A DNA stretch of 64,000 nucleotides, taken from positions 1,780-65,779 of the IMG/VR virus record IMGVR_UViG_3300033061_002769; one strand, given 5' to 3'. The notes under the pieces are model-generated. The model was not told the origin of the DNA, did not search any database, and saw nothing but the letters and a program-made list of their open reading frames with translations. Positions 36,441 to 47,189 of this stretch are shown here, piece by piece. The stretch comes from a virus. Lineage: Duplodnaviria; Caudoviricetes. Positions within the stretch are counted from its first letter, which is position 1. Each line of letters opens with the position of its first letter. Both the position numbers and the translations under genes were made by a program.

Positions 36441-36857
36441 CTACTTACCAAAAAACTTCAACAATTCCGTGGCGTGAGAAAGTATTAGGGCAGATCCTGC
36501 ACCACCGAGCACTAACAACACAGGTCGTAGGTTATCTATCCATTGCGTATTCACACGTTTGGAGACGAAGGAAGCGGTCAGATGTTCTGACAGATCAGTT
36601 TCTATTTTTTCCACCTCAAGGTTTACCGTCTCCACCTGTTCATGAAGACTATTGTCCGCCTTTTCTACATCACTGCGAAGGGTGTCAATAAGAGGACAAG
36701 CCATTCCATGTTGCCGAAGCGATATCTCGTGGCTTAGGAGAGTTTCCTGTTGTTTGGAAACTGCACCATTGATCTTGTCCAAACGCCCAACAACCGACAT
36801 CACTCCGACATGGATCTCTGCCAATGCAGTAACTGTTTCACGTTCAAACTGGGTCAT
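36441..36857 (-). CDS. Coiled-coil protein with a C-terminal hydrophobic helix
   Basis: 138 aa; C-terminal VLLVLGGAGSALIL. Confidence 0.6.
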   Translation of the reverse strand: MTQFERETVTALAEIHVGVMSVVGRLDKINGAVSKQQETLLSHEISLRQHGMACPLIDTLRSDVEKADNSLHEQVETVNLEVEKIETDLSEHLTASFVSKRVNTQWIDNLRPVLLVLGGAGSALILSHATELLKFFGK

Positions 36858-36934
36858 AAAGTGAAATCCTAAGCTGAATAGCGAAGCTTATTCCCCCTCC
36901 GGACCAACCGTTGCAAAGGTATGGCTGAACTCGC

Positions 36935-37306
36935 TCATTTCGTTTTCGGTGGCGGCGCCTTCGCCTGTTGCGGAGGCTGCCATGTCAGATCCCGCGAGAG
37001 CATCCACCCAGGCCAGTCCTTCGAGAGCACCTGGATCTTCTCTCCCAGGGCCTTGTTCGCCTCGGCGATCTGGTCCTGAAGCTTCTTCTCCTCGGCGCCC
37101 ACGCGTTCTTTCAGGTCTGCGATAGCAGCGCGCGCTTCGTTCGTTTTGTTGAGCAGCGTCATCAGTTCCAGCTTCTGTTCCGCGGTCAGGGCAGTCGGCG
37201 CCTTCGCCGATACGGCGGTCTGTTCAGGTTTCTTTTCATTCGGCTTGCTCGCGCTATCCTGCGCGAGTGCCGCAAAGGTCATTGCGAAAATCAGTAGAGT
37301 TTTCAT
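36935..37306 (-). CDS. Signal-peptide-bearing coiled-coil protein
   Basis: MKTLLIFAMTFAALAQ followed by a heptad-like segment. Confidence 0.65.
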   Translation of the reverse strand: MKTLLIFAMTFAALAQDSASKPNEKKPEQTAVSAKAPTALTAEQKLELMTLLNKTNEARAAIADLKERVGAEEKKLQDQIAEANKALGEKIQVLSKDWPGWMLSRDLTWQPPQQAKAPPPKTK

Positions 37307-37309
37307 TCG

Positions 37310-37393
37310 TCACCAGAGATTCGAGTTCAGATACCATTGCCAAAACCAGAAGGCCAAAGCCTGCCAGTAAGCAATCCAGAATTCAAATTCCAT
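37310..37393 (-). CDS. 27-aa Trp-rich micro-ORF
   Basis: MEFEFWIAYWQALAFWFWQWYLNSNLW; GGAG RBS; abuts both neighbours. Confidence 0.4.
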   Translation of the reverse strand: MEFEFWIAYWQALAFWFWQWYLNSNLW

Positions 37394-37394
37394 T

Positions 37395-37484
37395 TTACTC
37401 TCCAATCAGATCCGGCCCGGCTAGAACCAGGATCAGAAGTAAGCCAGCTACGAGCCGAAGAAAGCTGAGTAGTATTAGTTCCAT
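37395..37484 (-). CDS. 29-aa hydrophobic micro-ORF
   Basis: MELILLSFLRLVAGLLLILVLAGPDLIGE; TAATG overlap with the fibre gene stop. Confidence 0.4.
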   Translation of the reverse strand: MELILLSFLRLVAGLLLILVLAGPDLIGE

Positions 37485-40400
37485 TATGGCGCCGCGCATC
37501 CTACCGCAGTGATAAGTCCGCCGCTTACGGTCATGGTCTTTACCGCCGTTCCCGCGCCGCAACTGACAGATGCGCTGAGACCGGCCGCAGCGTTCGGCGC
37601 GGTGATGCCAGTGTAGACGAACAGATTATCAACATAGGAACCAAGAAATGTATTCCCAACCGCTCCGAGGCTATAAGAACTCCCGGCGCCAGGCAGGATA
37701 TGTCCGCTTGCTGTTACCGTTCCACCCACAATCAGATCGGTCAGTGTCGTAATCGTACCATCATTAGCAATCGTAAAATCATAGATAGGAACATTAACCC
37801 CAGCCGGGTCAAATCTTACGATCTTGAAATCATAACCATGGTATCCGATCAGGAAACCTCGATCATAGGTAGCGCTTCCGGTATCAAACAGAACAGCGTT
37901 ATTCGCATCCGTGTCGTTAAATTCCGCTACCGCCTTAGCGTTGATATCAGAAGACACAACCCTGGTGTAACCACTCCCTTTGAGGCCAGAGGAGAAAGTC
38001 TGGGTGGCAGTGAAGGTTTGCGCCGCGTCCAACAGCGCCGGATTTCCCCAGATTAGAGGATTGTCCGTGCCGGTCGTTGTCATCATGACCTTGTTTGCGG
38101 CACCGGGCGCAGCGGAAGGGAACAGAAGATTGTAGTTTGCTCCTGTAGCTGTTCCAGCGTAGAGATTGACGAAACTCCCGCCTGCCGCTGTCTGAAGCGC
38201 GAGAAAGGCTGGAGCGGCACCGATAGTGTACAGCGTGTTCTGCGTGCCGTGGAATGGACCGATCCGCTTCGTAGCAGTGCCGATGCTCAAATATGCCGTA
38301 GCGCCTGGATCACTGATAGGCTCGAGCGTGAACGGTCCGCCTACGGCTTTGATCAGTTTGAAGGCGTCAACTCCACGCGCATAGAAGAAGGTATCTCCCG
38401 CGCTCGCAGGAGCTGCCTGTAGTCCGACGTGAAAATTGTTGGAACCATCCAACCCCAACGTACTAATCGCGGTCCCAGCAGAATCCTTCCACCGAATATA
38501 TTTATCATTCGATAGGTCCGCTCCATACAAGAGACTCAAAATCCCGTCGTTGCCAAGCCTCATTCGTTCAGTGCGTGAAGCCGCGCCGATTGCAGTCGTA
38601 TAGAATCCCAACTCAGTGCCCTTCACTGAATCGGTGAAGGTTTCGGCTGCGCGAGCGGTTATGCTGGCTATGTTGCCATATGAAGTCGCACCGTAACCGC
38701 CGATGACTAACCCGCCAAGGTAGTCACCGGATTGAATAGCAGTCGGGCTGCCGATTGTGCCCCGCGCTGAACGAATGATTATCGAAGCGTTCGCGGTGGC
38801 ATTCGCTTTTGTGAAATAGAAGAAATCCGTATCTGATGTCGCCGCCTCAAAGATTGTATTTGCTCCTGGAGATACACCTAATCCGAACTTTCCAGCATCG
38901 GTAATGGTTAATCGTACCTTCGGTGTTACTGACGCCTTCGGAGTAGTCCAGAACAGCAGTTCAGTACCCTTGGCAGTATCACTGAAGGCTTCCGTCGCTC
39001 GCCCTTGTATCGCTGCTGAGGCCACGGTTGCCCCTCCCCAGGTCGTTGCTCCATAACCACCGAATGCCAATGTGCCGAGGTAGTCGCCACTCAATAATGC
39101 CGTGTAGGATGATGGAGTCCCGCGAGCCGCCCGGAGAACCTGGAATCCTGGGATGGTTCCAGATGCGCCGTATCCCTCTATGTATTGGCCTCCGAGATCC
39201 GTCGTATGCCTTAAGACGGATCGCAGGTTCGCGCTATCCCACCAGATCGTAGTATCGTCCAGCAGGCCATTCGCAGCAGCATAAGGGATATACTGAGCGA
39301 TGAGACCGTTCACTCCACCGCCACCCGCGCAATACCACTTTGTTCCAGCATAAGTGCAGTCTACGCGATCATCTTTCTTAACTGTGACCGACACTGCGAT
39401 GTTCCCGGCTGCTGTCAGTCCGGTCGGAGCGTTGTCGGTGAAGATGAGGCTGAGTTTACGGCCGATAGAGCCGTGCGTGATCGTATCAATGGGGGTCGCT
39501 CCTGTAATAGTGACAACCGGATTTAGTGGAGCGGCGATGGATGCGGCGGAAGCGATTATCGGAACAACGGTATCAACTCCGATGTTCTGGCCCATCACAA
39601 AATCAGTGAACGTCTGCCCGCCAGCTGTGTAGTACACCGGCGCTGTCGCCAGGCTGAAATCATTGAGTCCTATTGCCATGCTGGTGGAACCGGATGGAAG
39701 ATCTAATCCGACGGACATAGTAACCGGGTATGTTAGATTTCTTCCGACTCGATTCCCATTGATAATGACGTTGGTGTAGTTTGCGCCTGGTACCTGCATC
39801 CCGACATCGCAATTGGTAAGATCGTTCCCGATCAGTTGCAATCCGTTTACCGTTGCGGAACTTCCGCCAAGAAACTGCATGCAGTACCCATTTAGAAATC
39901 CGCTAACCTCAGTATCGGATATTCTGAAGTTGCTGCCTGACATCAGGTTTGAGATACCGTTCTGAACCGTTTCGGCTCCTCCGCCCTGTGCCCTGATGTG
40001 TGAACCGGAGATCATGATGTTGCTATTGAAAGTTCCGGATGGATTGGCTCCCTCCATATAGATTCCTGACTGCCCCATGTCATCGATCATCACATTGTCG
40101 AACCAGACATCCTGAATAGCATTTACAGAATCAGTGATTAGGTGAGCACCCGCCCATCCGCCTAACCAAGAGTCGAAGATTTCTATTCCAGCCGATCCAG
40201 TGATGTGCACTCCGGCCCGAAGACTGTATGTAGCATGCCAGGGATAGGATGAGGTAAAAGAACTGTCGCTGACATGCACGCCGGAAACAGGGCCTCCGCT
40301 CACCCCGTCCTTTGTCAGGTCAAGACCGTACCGGGCTGAATGACCTCCCGTACATGGGGCTTCTCCAGTCGGACAGGCATGCTGCCACTCCTGAACGTAA

Positions 40401-41335
40401 CGCACGTTGCGAATCATGGCTGACGATGAATAGACACCGACGCCATCATAACCATTCAACAAATCCAGATTGCGCAATTCCGCATTGATATGGTTCGGAT
40501 AGATCGCAACATGCGCACCTGACGTTACCTGAAGACTCTGCGGAGATTCACTTGTCAGATCACGTAAAATGTATTTCGCACCCGCCACTCCTCCGGGAGT
40601 CCCGAGTTGGAATTGATTACCTGATGTAAATGAGACATCGCGAGCGAGTAACGTAACGCCAGTACCCGCGCCGCGAATCGTGATACTCTGGCTGCTCCCT
40701 GCGATGTGATACTTCGTTGTGCCATAGATAAAGTACCGGCCAGCGGGGATCAGAATGTCAGCATTGCCGTATCCGCCCGGTTGACCGGCGGCATTGAAGT
40801 AGGCGTGGTAAATCGCCTCGGTTACACCGTTGTCGATGGAACCGATGGTATACCCGGCGGAATAACTGGCAGGCGCTACGAACTTCACAGTCCCGGTTGC
40901 GGCGCCAGGGGTGCAGGGAGTGGAAGTCGAAGCCAAACTCAGTACGGTTTTGGTTCCGCCGCTGCCTTTGATCACGAACGGGAAACCAACGGTATCTCCG
41001 TCAACTCCGAGCGGACACGGGGTGAGAGTGACTGTTTCTGTGTCTGTTGCTGTGAGCGTCGCGGGCGACGTTGGAGACTGCGACCAATCATAGTCCGTAG
41101 CAAGCAGGGTCGTTGATGCCGCCCCGCAAGAAATCCACTGGAAGTTACTGGCGCCGTCAGTACCCCAGCACTGGCCGGCGGTTCCGTCTGAACCTGTTAC
41201 CGTCATCAGATGATCTGTGCCTGTCGCGGGCGCGCGGAACCCGACAGTGTGACCATCTCCGGTCCGCATCCGGAGTTCACGGCCCTGGCCCCACATGGCG
41301 GAAGCGGCGATAAGCAATACAAGAAGTTTTCTCAT
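37484..41335 (-). CDS. Tail spike/fibre with a beta-helix (pectate-lyase-like) region and duplicated fibre modules
   Basis: ILIPAGRY..ITIRGAG beta-helix entry; two RG...SGDYLG...GGYG...KGTEL units; start at ATG 41335 (ATGA overlap). Confidence 0.75.
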   Translation of the reverse strand: MRKLLVLLIAASAMWGQGRELRMRTGDGHTVGFRAPATGTDHLMTVTGSDGTAGQCWGTDGASNFQWISCGAASTTLLATDYDWSQSPTSPATLTATDTETVTLTPCPLGVDGDTVGFPFVIKGSGGTKTVLSLASTSTPCTPGAATGTVKFVAPASYSAGYTIGSIDNGVTEAIYHAYFNAAGQPGGYGNADILIPAGRYFIYGTTKYHIAGSSQSITIRGAGTGVTLLARDVSFTSGNQFQLGTPGGVAGAKYILRDLTSESPQSLQVTSGAHVAIYPNHINAELRNLDLLNGYDGVGVYSSSAMIRNVRYVQEWQHACPTGEAPCTGGHSARYGLDLTKDGVSGGPVSGVHVSDSSFTSSYPWHATYSLRAGVHITGSAGIEIFDSWLGGWAGAHLITDSVNAIQDVWFDNVMIDDMGQSGIYMEGANPSGTFNSNIMISGSHIRAQGGGAETVQNGISNLMSGSNFRISDTEVSGFLNGYCMQFLGGSSATVNGLQLIGNDLTNCDVGMQVPGANYTNVIINGNRVGRNLTYPVTMSVGLDLPSGSTSMAIGLNDFSLATAPVYYTAGGQTFTDFVMGQNIGVDTVVPIIASAASIAAPLNPVVTITGATPIDTITHGSIGRKLSLIFTDNAPTGLTAAGNIAVSVTVKKDDRVDCTYAGTKWYCAGGGGVNGLIAQYIPYAAANGLLDDTTIWWDSANLRSVLRHTTDLGGQYIEGYGASGTIPGFQVLRAARGTPSSYTALLSGDYLGTLAFGGYGATTWGGATVASAAIQGRATEAFSDTAKGTELLFWTTPKASVTPKVRLTITDAGKFGLGVSPGANTIFEAATSDTDFFYFTKANATANASIIIRSARGTIGSPTAIQSGDYLGGLVIGGYGATSYGNIASITARAAETFTDSVKGTELGFYTTAIGAASRTERMRLGNDGILSLLYGADLSNDKYIRWKDSAGTAISTLGLDGSNNFHVGLQAAPASAGDTFFYARGVDAFKLIKAVGGPFTLEPISDPGATAYLSIGTATKRIGPFHGTQNTLYTIGAAPAFLALQTAAGGSFVNLYAGTATGANYNLLFPSAAPGAANKVMMTTTGTDNPLIWGNPALLDAAQTFTATQTFSSGLKGSGYTRVVSSDINAKAVAEFNDTDANNAVLFDTGSATYDRGFLIGYHGYDFKIVRFDPAGVNVPIYDFTIANDGTITTLTDLIVGGTVTASGHILPGAGSSYSLGAVGNTFLGSYVDNLFVYTGITAPNAAAGLSASVSCGAGTAVKTMTVSGGLITAVGCAAP

Positions 41336-43656
41336 GTGATTGGTACTCCGTAAAGAGGAACGTTGGCCTGTTCCCATTTTGTCCCATTATAGATCAGTGG
41401 GAACTTCGACCAGGTATTAGCATCGGCAGTCGGTTGGGAAAGATTTAGGAATACTACATTCCAGACCACTATGCGGTTACCTGGACCATCTTGGACCAGT
41501 CGGATATTTAGCTTACTACCGGCGGTTAGAATCCCACCGGTATAAATCGGCGCTTCAATAGCAGTAGATGCCCGGTCCAAAAGGATCGAATGGTTGATAC
41601 CGGCAGCCAGATCAACAGTAATAATATCTGCACCGGCATAATCCTGCCAACCGCCACTCGTGGGCGAAACAGTGGAAGGGATGCCCGACTGAGCAATCAT
41701 CCCGATACCTCCGGTTGCAACGCCCCCGCTGATGTTCCGGATAGCGGTCTTCCAGTCACCGATAATAGCTCCCGTGATAAGGGCGAACTTCCACAATGCC
41801 AGACGGTTCTGCGTAGACAGTGACACCGCCTCAACAACGTAAGTCCCCAGAGCCTTTATCTGGGGCAGATTCACGGTAATCCGCTGCCCCGGTGCCAGCC
41901 CTCCCCGATAACTCTGTAATTCCACCCGCTCACACATGCGGGCGTGATAATCGGCCAACTGCTGCGCTACGCCCGTCACCGATTCAATCTGCGGAACACC
42001 GCCTGTAATCGAATAATGCAAATCGTACTGGCCTGAACCTCCCTCCACCCGCTGCCGAGCCGCTATGGCCACAAAGTTGAACGCCTGCTCCACGTAGGAA
42101 ACCAATGGATAATAGGCAATAGCAATCGTATCTGTCTCCGACAGAACCGTTCCCCCCACATCCTGCGTAACCGTTGTAGACCCTAAAGACCAATACCAAT
42201 CCTTTCCGGTACCACTAACCGGGTCATTCAACAACCCTACAGTCTTCTGCATTCCGTTTACTGTAATCATCGGCTCAGTGGCAAGCGGACGTAAAGCGTT
42301 GAACTCCTGCGATGAGTCGTCGCCCGAAAAACTATCAGTCTCTAAAATAGATCCTTGGACGTTACCGCGTTCAACCAACGCGGCATTAGCATACTTCTCC
42401 CGCGTGATGGTGTTGGACAACTGAAGCAAGACATTACCATCGCTAGCATCAATCACGCTAACATTCCACGGGGCTGGATTGGCAACCGCTCCCTGTGTCT
42501 CAAAGTGCAATACCCGAAGCGGTGTCGCATAGTACCAGTAGTTATCTGTCCCATTGCTAATATAGCTCGTCAGCGCATTCAGGGCTGAGTCTATGGAATC
42601 ATCGGGAGAGAATGAGATCTGAATCACTATTGGTCCATCCACTATACCCGATGTCAGAAAACCCTCATTCTCAACCAGTGCAATAAGCGCTTTGGCGATG
42701 TCCCCAGCCTTCATATTGAAGTAGTCGAGAACATTAGCAGCCTTGATCGTATAAGTCACTACCAGCATGTCAACACCCGGAACCAGCAGCGGACCGTTGT
42801 CATCTTCCCAGATAAGATTCTGCGTGCTCCACGCTCCCCAATACCATTGCGCCGTGTGAGAAGCCGGGGTGCTAGAATCTGCGTAAGGAGCAAACGTCTG
42901 CGGTACCCCGTTCAACGTCACGCTAACCATCTCCACCGGCGCCTGACTCAGAAAGAAAATGCGGTACTGTAATGAATCATAGGGAGGAATGCTCGATGTA
43001 TACTGTTGAATGGTATCGGTCTGGGTAGGATCAAATGCCACTGTGTTACGCAGCAATCGGTGGGCAAGAATGGATTCCCACGCTACACACTGACAGACTG
43101 TCTGCACTGCGGCGATGGTAGAATAGTTGGTCACTTGGATTTGATCGATGGAGCCGCCGAATTGAACGCCGTAAGTGTCATGCGTTAGCAAAACCGCCTG
43201 ACCTACATCGGGCACGAAAGAGCCATCGAAACTGAATATAGTGAAATTCAGCGTCGGCCGGTTGCTCAAACTGCTCTCCAACGCCATGCTCCCTTCCAAC
43301 ACATAAGGAAGAGTTGATCCTGGAACCTCGTAGGAGATCTTTCGGAAGATAATCGCCTGTCCGCCTGTAACATTGGCCGGCGGGGCCGCAGTAAGAGTTG
43401 CCTGATTGGTACCGATATACGATGCTACAGTAGTCCAGAAGGTGGCGAAACTGACCTGGGGACTTCCCCCATAAAGCCCGCCCACCAACAGGATAGGACA
43501 ACCTACGTCCGTCGGCGCGAATGAGAACCCCGATGCCGGGTCTATAGAGATTGCAGCCCCCGTGACCACAACATAGGTATTGCAACTCCCGAGGTATAGA
43601 TGTAACGCTGAAGCGTTACCAGGTGTAGGAACGTAACCCATCAGACAAATCCACAA
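41332..43656 (-). CDS. Minor tail (hub/baseplate-like) protein
   Basis: 774 aa, beta-rich, between the tape measure and fibre genes; exact start uncertain. Confidence 0.6.
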   Translation of the reverse strand: MWICLMGYVPTPGNASALHLYLGSCNTYVVVTGAAISIDPASGFSFAPTDVGCPILLVGGLYGGSPQVSFATFWTTVASYIGTNQATLTAAPPANVTGGQAIIFRKISYEVPGSTLPYVLEGSMALESSLSNRPTLNFTIFSFDGSFVPDVGQAVLLTHDTYGVQFGGSIDQIQVTNYSTIAAVQTVCQCVAWESILAHRLLRNTVAFDPTQTDTIQQYTSSIPPYDSLQYRIFFLSQAPVEMVSVTLNGVPQTFAPYADSSTPASHTAQWYWGAWSTQNLIWEDDNGPLLVPGVDMLVVTYTIKAANVLDYFNMKAGDIAKALIALVENEGFLTSGIVDGPIVIQISFSPDDSIDSALNALTSYISNGTDNYWYYATPLRVLHFETQGAVANPAPWNVSVIDASDGNVLLQLSNTITREKYANAALVERGNVQGSILETDSFSGDDSSQEFNALRPLATEPMITVNGMQKTVGLLNDPVSGTGKDWYWSLGSTTVTQDVGGTVLSETDTIAIAYYPLVSYVEQAFNFVAIAARQRVEGGSGQYDLHYSITGGVPQIESVTGVAQQLADYHARMCERVELQSYRGGLAPGQRITVNLPQIKALGTYVVEAVSLSTQNRLALWKFALITGAIIGDWKTAIRNISGGVATGGIGMIAQSGIPSTVSPTSGGWQDYAGADIITVDLAAGINHSILLDRASTAIEAPIYTGGILTAGSKLNIRLVQDGPGNRIVVWNVVFLNLSQPTADANTWSKFPLIYNGTKWEQANVPLYGVPIT

Positions 43657-43681
43657 TACATCGAAGTGAAATCGGCCCTAG

Positions 43682-43799
43682 CCCCAATGCCAAAACCCCC
43701 TCGAATTCAGCCGTAGACCGCCCCAGAATCGATTGTCAGGCCCCGGATGGACCCCAGATATCCCTTCGGACGGGGATTCGTTATAGCTCGTTTCTGAGC
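43682..43799 (-). repeat. ~125-bp intergenic element, copy 3
   Basis: Near-identical to copy 2 over about 75 bp; lies between the tape measure and hub genes. Confidence 0.9.
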
Positions 43800-43853
43800 C
43801 ATTCTGAGCAGTTTTGGCATCTAATCTAGCTTAAGCTCTTGATTTCATTAGGG

Positions 43854-46800
43854 TTAGAGCTTTGCCCCTACCCTTCGAGCGGCCTTGACCGCCCGGTTCA
43901 TGATATCGGAAACCAATTCCTGTGTAACGCCCGAAAACTGACAATTCTGAAATGTAACCCCAGACGGACCGCCTCCGACCGTCGCCGCAGCAACTTCGTG
44001 GGCCGGAACCACGTACTCGCCCGCGTGTATCAATGCCAACATGTCTTCAGGTACAAAGCCCCCTTCCTTAAACATCGTCAGCGGAGCCCACGCAGCAACT
44101 GCGCCGTAGGCAACGCCCGCAGCAGCGGCGCCAAGAGCCGGACCGACAAACGGAATAGCCGCATAGGCAGAGAATGCTTTGGCAGCCGCCAGCGCGGCAT
44201 AGCTCATCACTTCAGCGAAGTTCGCAGCAAATGTCTGCGCCTTACCAAAGATCAACGTAACGACAAGCGATTCAGCCCATTTCATGATAGCGTTGATAAG
44301 CGTCGTCAAAAACATCTCGGCAATCTGAAGACCTACCGCCCGGATGTTCTTACCAAAATTGTGGAAATCTATAATTGCCCGCGCAATTCCCTGACCAAGA
44401 CGAGAAAACGCCGCATCCACAGTATGCATCATATCCCGATACAGATTGCCGGCGGCGTTGGCCAGCGTATTAAGCGCCTTCATATGCATCTCAAGATTCG
44501 TAAGCGCAATGATCTGCCGACTAGCACTGACACCTAGTTCGGCAGCCGATTTAATCTCGTGTTGCAGCTCAACCATTTTGAGCTGATTGATCTTCTCCTG
44601 CGCTTCCCCTTTTGCCTCAAGAGCCGCGATATGCTGATGCTCCAGCTCAATGACAAGCGGAAGATCTGTCTTTGCCAACCTGCTAAGACCCTGACTGACC
44701 TGTGCCCATGCGGCTTGTACCTGCTGTGCCGAGGTATCTCCGCTCTCGGCTACAACCCGGTAGGCATCAATCAGATCCAACAGTTTCTGTTTTGCCAGAC
44801 CTTCTACATCCAGACCCAGATTTCTGAATGCCTGGTCAAGAGTATACACAAAAGGAGGTAGATCTTCAAGCTTAGGTACCAGATTGTCAACAGCGGCAGC
44901 GGCGGCATTCAAGTCCACCGGCATAGAAGCAAGAAGCCCTGCCGGCCCCGCCGCCATCATTAACTCGTTCATCCGGGCCTGAGCAGCATTGACCTTATTG
45001 ATGGCCTCGGACATCTCAACCGCTGATCGAGCACCGGTTTCATATCCAACAGTAACTTCCCGCAGTTCCTTCCACGCAGCTTCTAGAATCTCATTCTGCG
45101 CTCTCCAAGCAATATTTTCGGAATCCAATATATACCGCAGCGCCTGGGCAGTACTGACCATCGCTCTCGCGGGATCAAAGAACTCCTTCAAAACTCTGTT
45201 GACTTCCTTCAGTTCAACTCCCGCATTCTTAGCGGCGGTTTCCAAAGCTCCATGCGCTGAAGCTACTTCATACACCGTTGCTACATGACCTTCCGCTAAC
45301 GGTTTCCCCGTCCGAAACGATTCGTTTATCTCACTATAAGCAATGCGGGCAACTTCCAACGTCCTGTTAGCCTGTTCCTGATCCGTAGCAATTTTCTTGA
45401 TCGCCGCCGCTACCTCGTCGCTCAAAGTATTCATAATGACATGAATGCCTAACGACTTACTCATCTCCGCGTTGTAGGCTTTGCGGGACGCCGTCAGCAG
45501 CGTAAGAAGTTTCTCATGCTCACGAGCGGTAATAACACCACCAGCCAGCGCCTTACCAAGCAACTCTTCAGCCTTCTCAAAGTCGCCTGTAGTCGCAGCC
45601 GCTTTCATCTGCGTAACCATAAACTTCTGAAACTCTTCATCGATGCCGCGACCTTTTTCCCGCAACTCGTCCAACTGCGTTTTTGTAGCTACCAGCGCCG
45701 CCACAAACGCAGCCACAGCGAATCCAGCAAACGTCACCGATAGGGCCGTCATCGTAATACCAAGTCCGGCAAACGCTGCTGTAATACTGGGCAAGAGAGC
45801 CACAAGGGCTCCCCATCCTATCACTGATCCTTTAACCAAAAGGGTAAGAGGCACAAGCGCAGCCGCCAATGCAGCCAAAGCGACAATGGTATTCTTAATC
45901 GGTCCGGGAAACTCCTCAAAGGTTTTCACCAAACTTCGAAGAGCAGGCAAAAACATAGTGTTGACAACCCCAACGACTGTAGTTGCAACTTCTGCCATCG
46001 ACTTGCCAACGTCCTGCATCACGAATTCCATCTGAGTATGAAAGTTCTGCCATTGCCCAGTAAGGTCCTTCGCTGTCTTTTCCCCCAAACCAGCATACCG
46101 CGACATGGCCTTGCTTAACACTTCCAGACGTTCAGACATATCCATAGCTTTAAACGTCTTCCCTGCTTCCGAAGTGGCTACCCCCATAGCATCAGCAAGT
46201 TGCTTCATCGAAATCCCCAACATCATCAACTGCCGCCCGCCCGCCATACCGTAGGCCACCATGCGTGACATCATGTTAGAGACTCCCTCAAAGCCGTGGT
46301 TAGTAGCGCGGGAGGCATCCGCCGCCAACTCTAAGGCAACTGTGGTTTGCTCGGTTGTCATCCCAAGGTTTCCCATCTGCTGATTAATACGCCGCAAGGG
46401 TTCCTCAGCTACAGCCAGCGTCAATGCCATCTCTTTCAACGACTCAATACGCTCCGTAGCAACCTTCGCACTTCCTATCAGAGAAGTCAGAGCCTCGACA
46501 GCACGCTCCTCTGACGCCCAAGCTTCTAATGCCGCCTCACCAAACTCCTTCAAACCTACCGTAACTGCCAGAGCAGCGGCCAAAGCGCCAAGCTGGTGGA
46601 CCATCCTCTCAAGCGCTGATTCGGTTTCAGGAACAGCACGTCCAACAGCCGCTGTTGCTCGTTCCAACTCCTCCTGCGCCCGAGCCAGGGTCTCTGCACT
46701 GACTTTGCCCGCGTCAAAGGCGGCGCTAAGCTCATCTACAACTTCTCTCGCGGTCTTCACGCGATCTTCTAACTCTGCTTGTCTATCAATCACCTCCTGA

Positions 46801-47189
46801 GCGGCCTTACTAAAACCACTTATGCTTTCCGTTGCTCCGTCGGCTGCCGGCTTCATAGAATCCAAAAGTTGCGAAGCCGCCTCAGCCACCTCTTTTCCTA
46901 CTGTGGCGCTGGATTCGGAAAGCGCTTTCAAAGTATCAGCAAGCGCAACACCGGCTGTAGCATCAGCCTGTAAGACCGACTCAAAAATTCGCAGGTTCCC
47001 CTCGGTCAACCCAGACCGTGCCCCAAGCTCCTGAATACTCTCTGCTGCATTCTTGAGCACAGTCGCAGTTGTTGCAGCCTGTTCCCCTACCTGTTTCAAG
47101 TTTTCTTTGAAACCGGCAACCTGAACGACGGTATCGCCAAAGTTAGCGCGAAGGTTGACTACTAGATCAGCGAGAGTTTCCACGTTCAC
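43854..47189 (-). CDS. Tail tape measure protein
   Basis: 1111 aa, Ala-rich and helical; follows the chaperone pair; C-terminal GGFVP...IHAGEYVVP. Confidence 0.9.
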   Translation of the reverse strand: MNVETLADLVVNLRANFGDTVVQVAGFKENLKQVGEQAATTATVLKNAAESIQELGARSGLTEGNLRIFESVLQADATAGVALADTLKALSESSATVGKEVAEAASQLLDSMKPAADGATESISGFSKAAQEVIDRQAELEDRVKTAREVVDELSAAFDAGKVSAETLARAQEELERATAAVGRAVPETESALERMVHQLGALAAALAVTVGLKEFGEAALEAWASEERAVEALTSLIGSAKVATERIESLKEMALTLAVAEEPLRRINQQMGNLGMTTEQTTVALELAADASRATNHGFEGVSNMMSRMVAYGMAGGRQLMMLGISMKQLADAMGVATSEAGKTFKAMDMSERLEVLSKAMSRYAGLGEKTAKDLTGQWQNFHTQMEFVMQDVGKSMAEVATTVVGVVNTMFLPALRSLVKTFEEFPGPIKNTIVALAALAAALVPLTLLVKGSVIGWGALVALLPSITAAFAGLGITMTALSVTFAGFAVAAFVAALVATKTQLDELREKGRGIDEEFQKFMVTQMKAAATTGDFEKAEELLGKALAGGVITAREHEKLLTLLTASRKAYNAEMSKSLGIHVIMNTLSDEVAAAIKKIATDQEQANRTLEVARIAYSEINESFRTGKPLAEGHVATVYEVASAHGALETAAKNAGVELKEVNRVLKEFFDPARAMVSTAQALRYILDSENIAWRAQNEILEAAWKELREVTVGYETGARSAVEMSEAINKVNAAQARMNELMMAAGPAGLLASMPVDLNAAAAAVDNLVPKLEDLPPFVYTLDQAFRNLGLDVEGLAKQKLLDLIDAYRVVAESGDTSAQQVQAAWAQVSQGLSRLAKTDLPLVIELEHQHIAALEAKGEAQEKINQLKMVELQHEIKSAAELGVSASRQIIALTNLEMHMKALNTLANAAGNLYRDMMHTVDAAFSRLGQGIARAIIDFHNFGKNIRAVGLQIAEMFLTTLINAIMKWAESLVVTLIFGKAQTFAANFAEVMSYAALAAAKAFSAYAAIPFVGPALGAAAAGVAYGAVAAWAPLTMFKEGGFVPEDMLALIHAGEYVVPAHEVAAATVGGGPSGVTFQNCQFSGVTQELVSDIMNRAVKAARRVGAKL

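Noticed and set aside
4867-43799. Three-copy repeat as a CRISPR array or IS/MITE
   Set aside because: The copies are dispersed with no repeat-spacer pattern; no transposase, terminal inverted repeats or target-site duplication is visible
43839-44537. 232-aa + strand ORF
   Set aside because: Antisense to the tape measure gene, with no motifs
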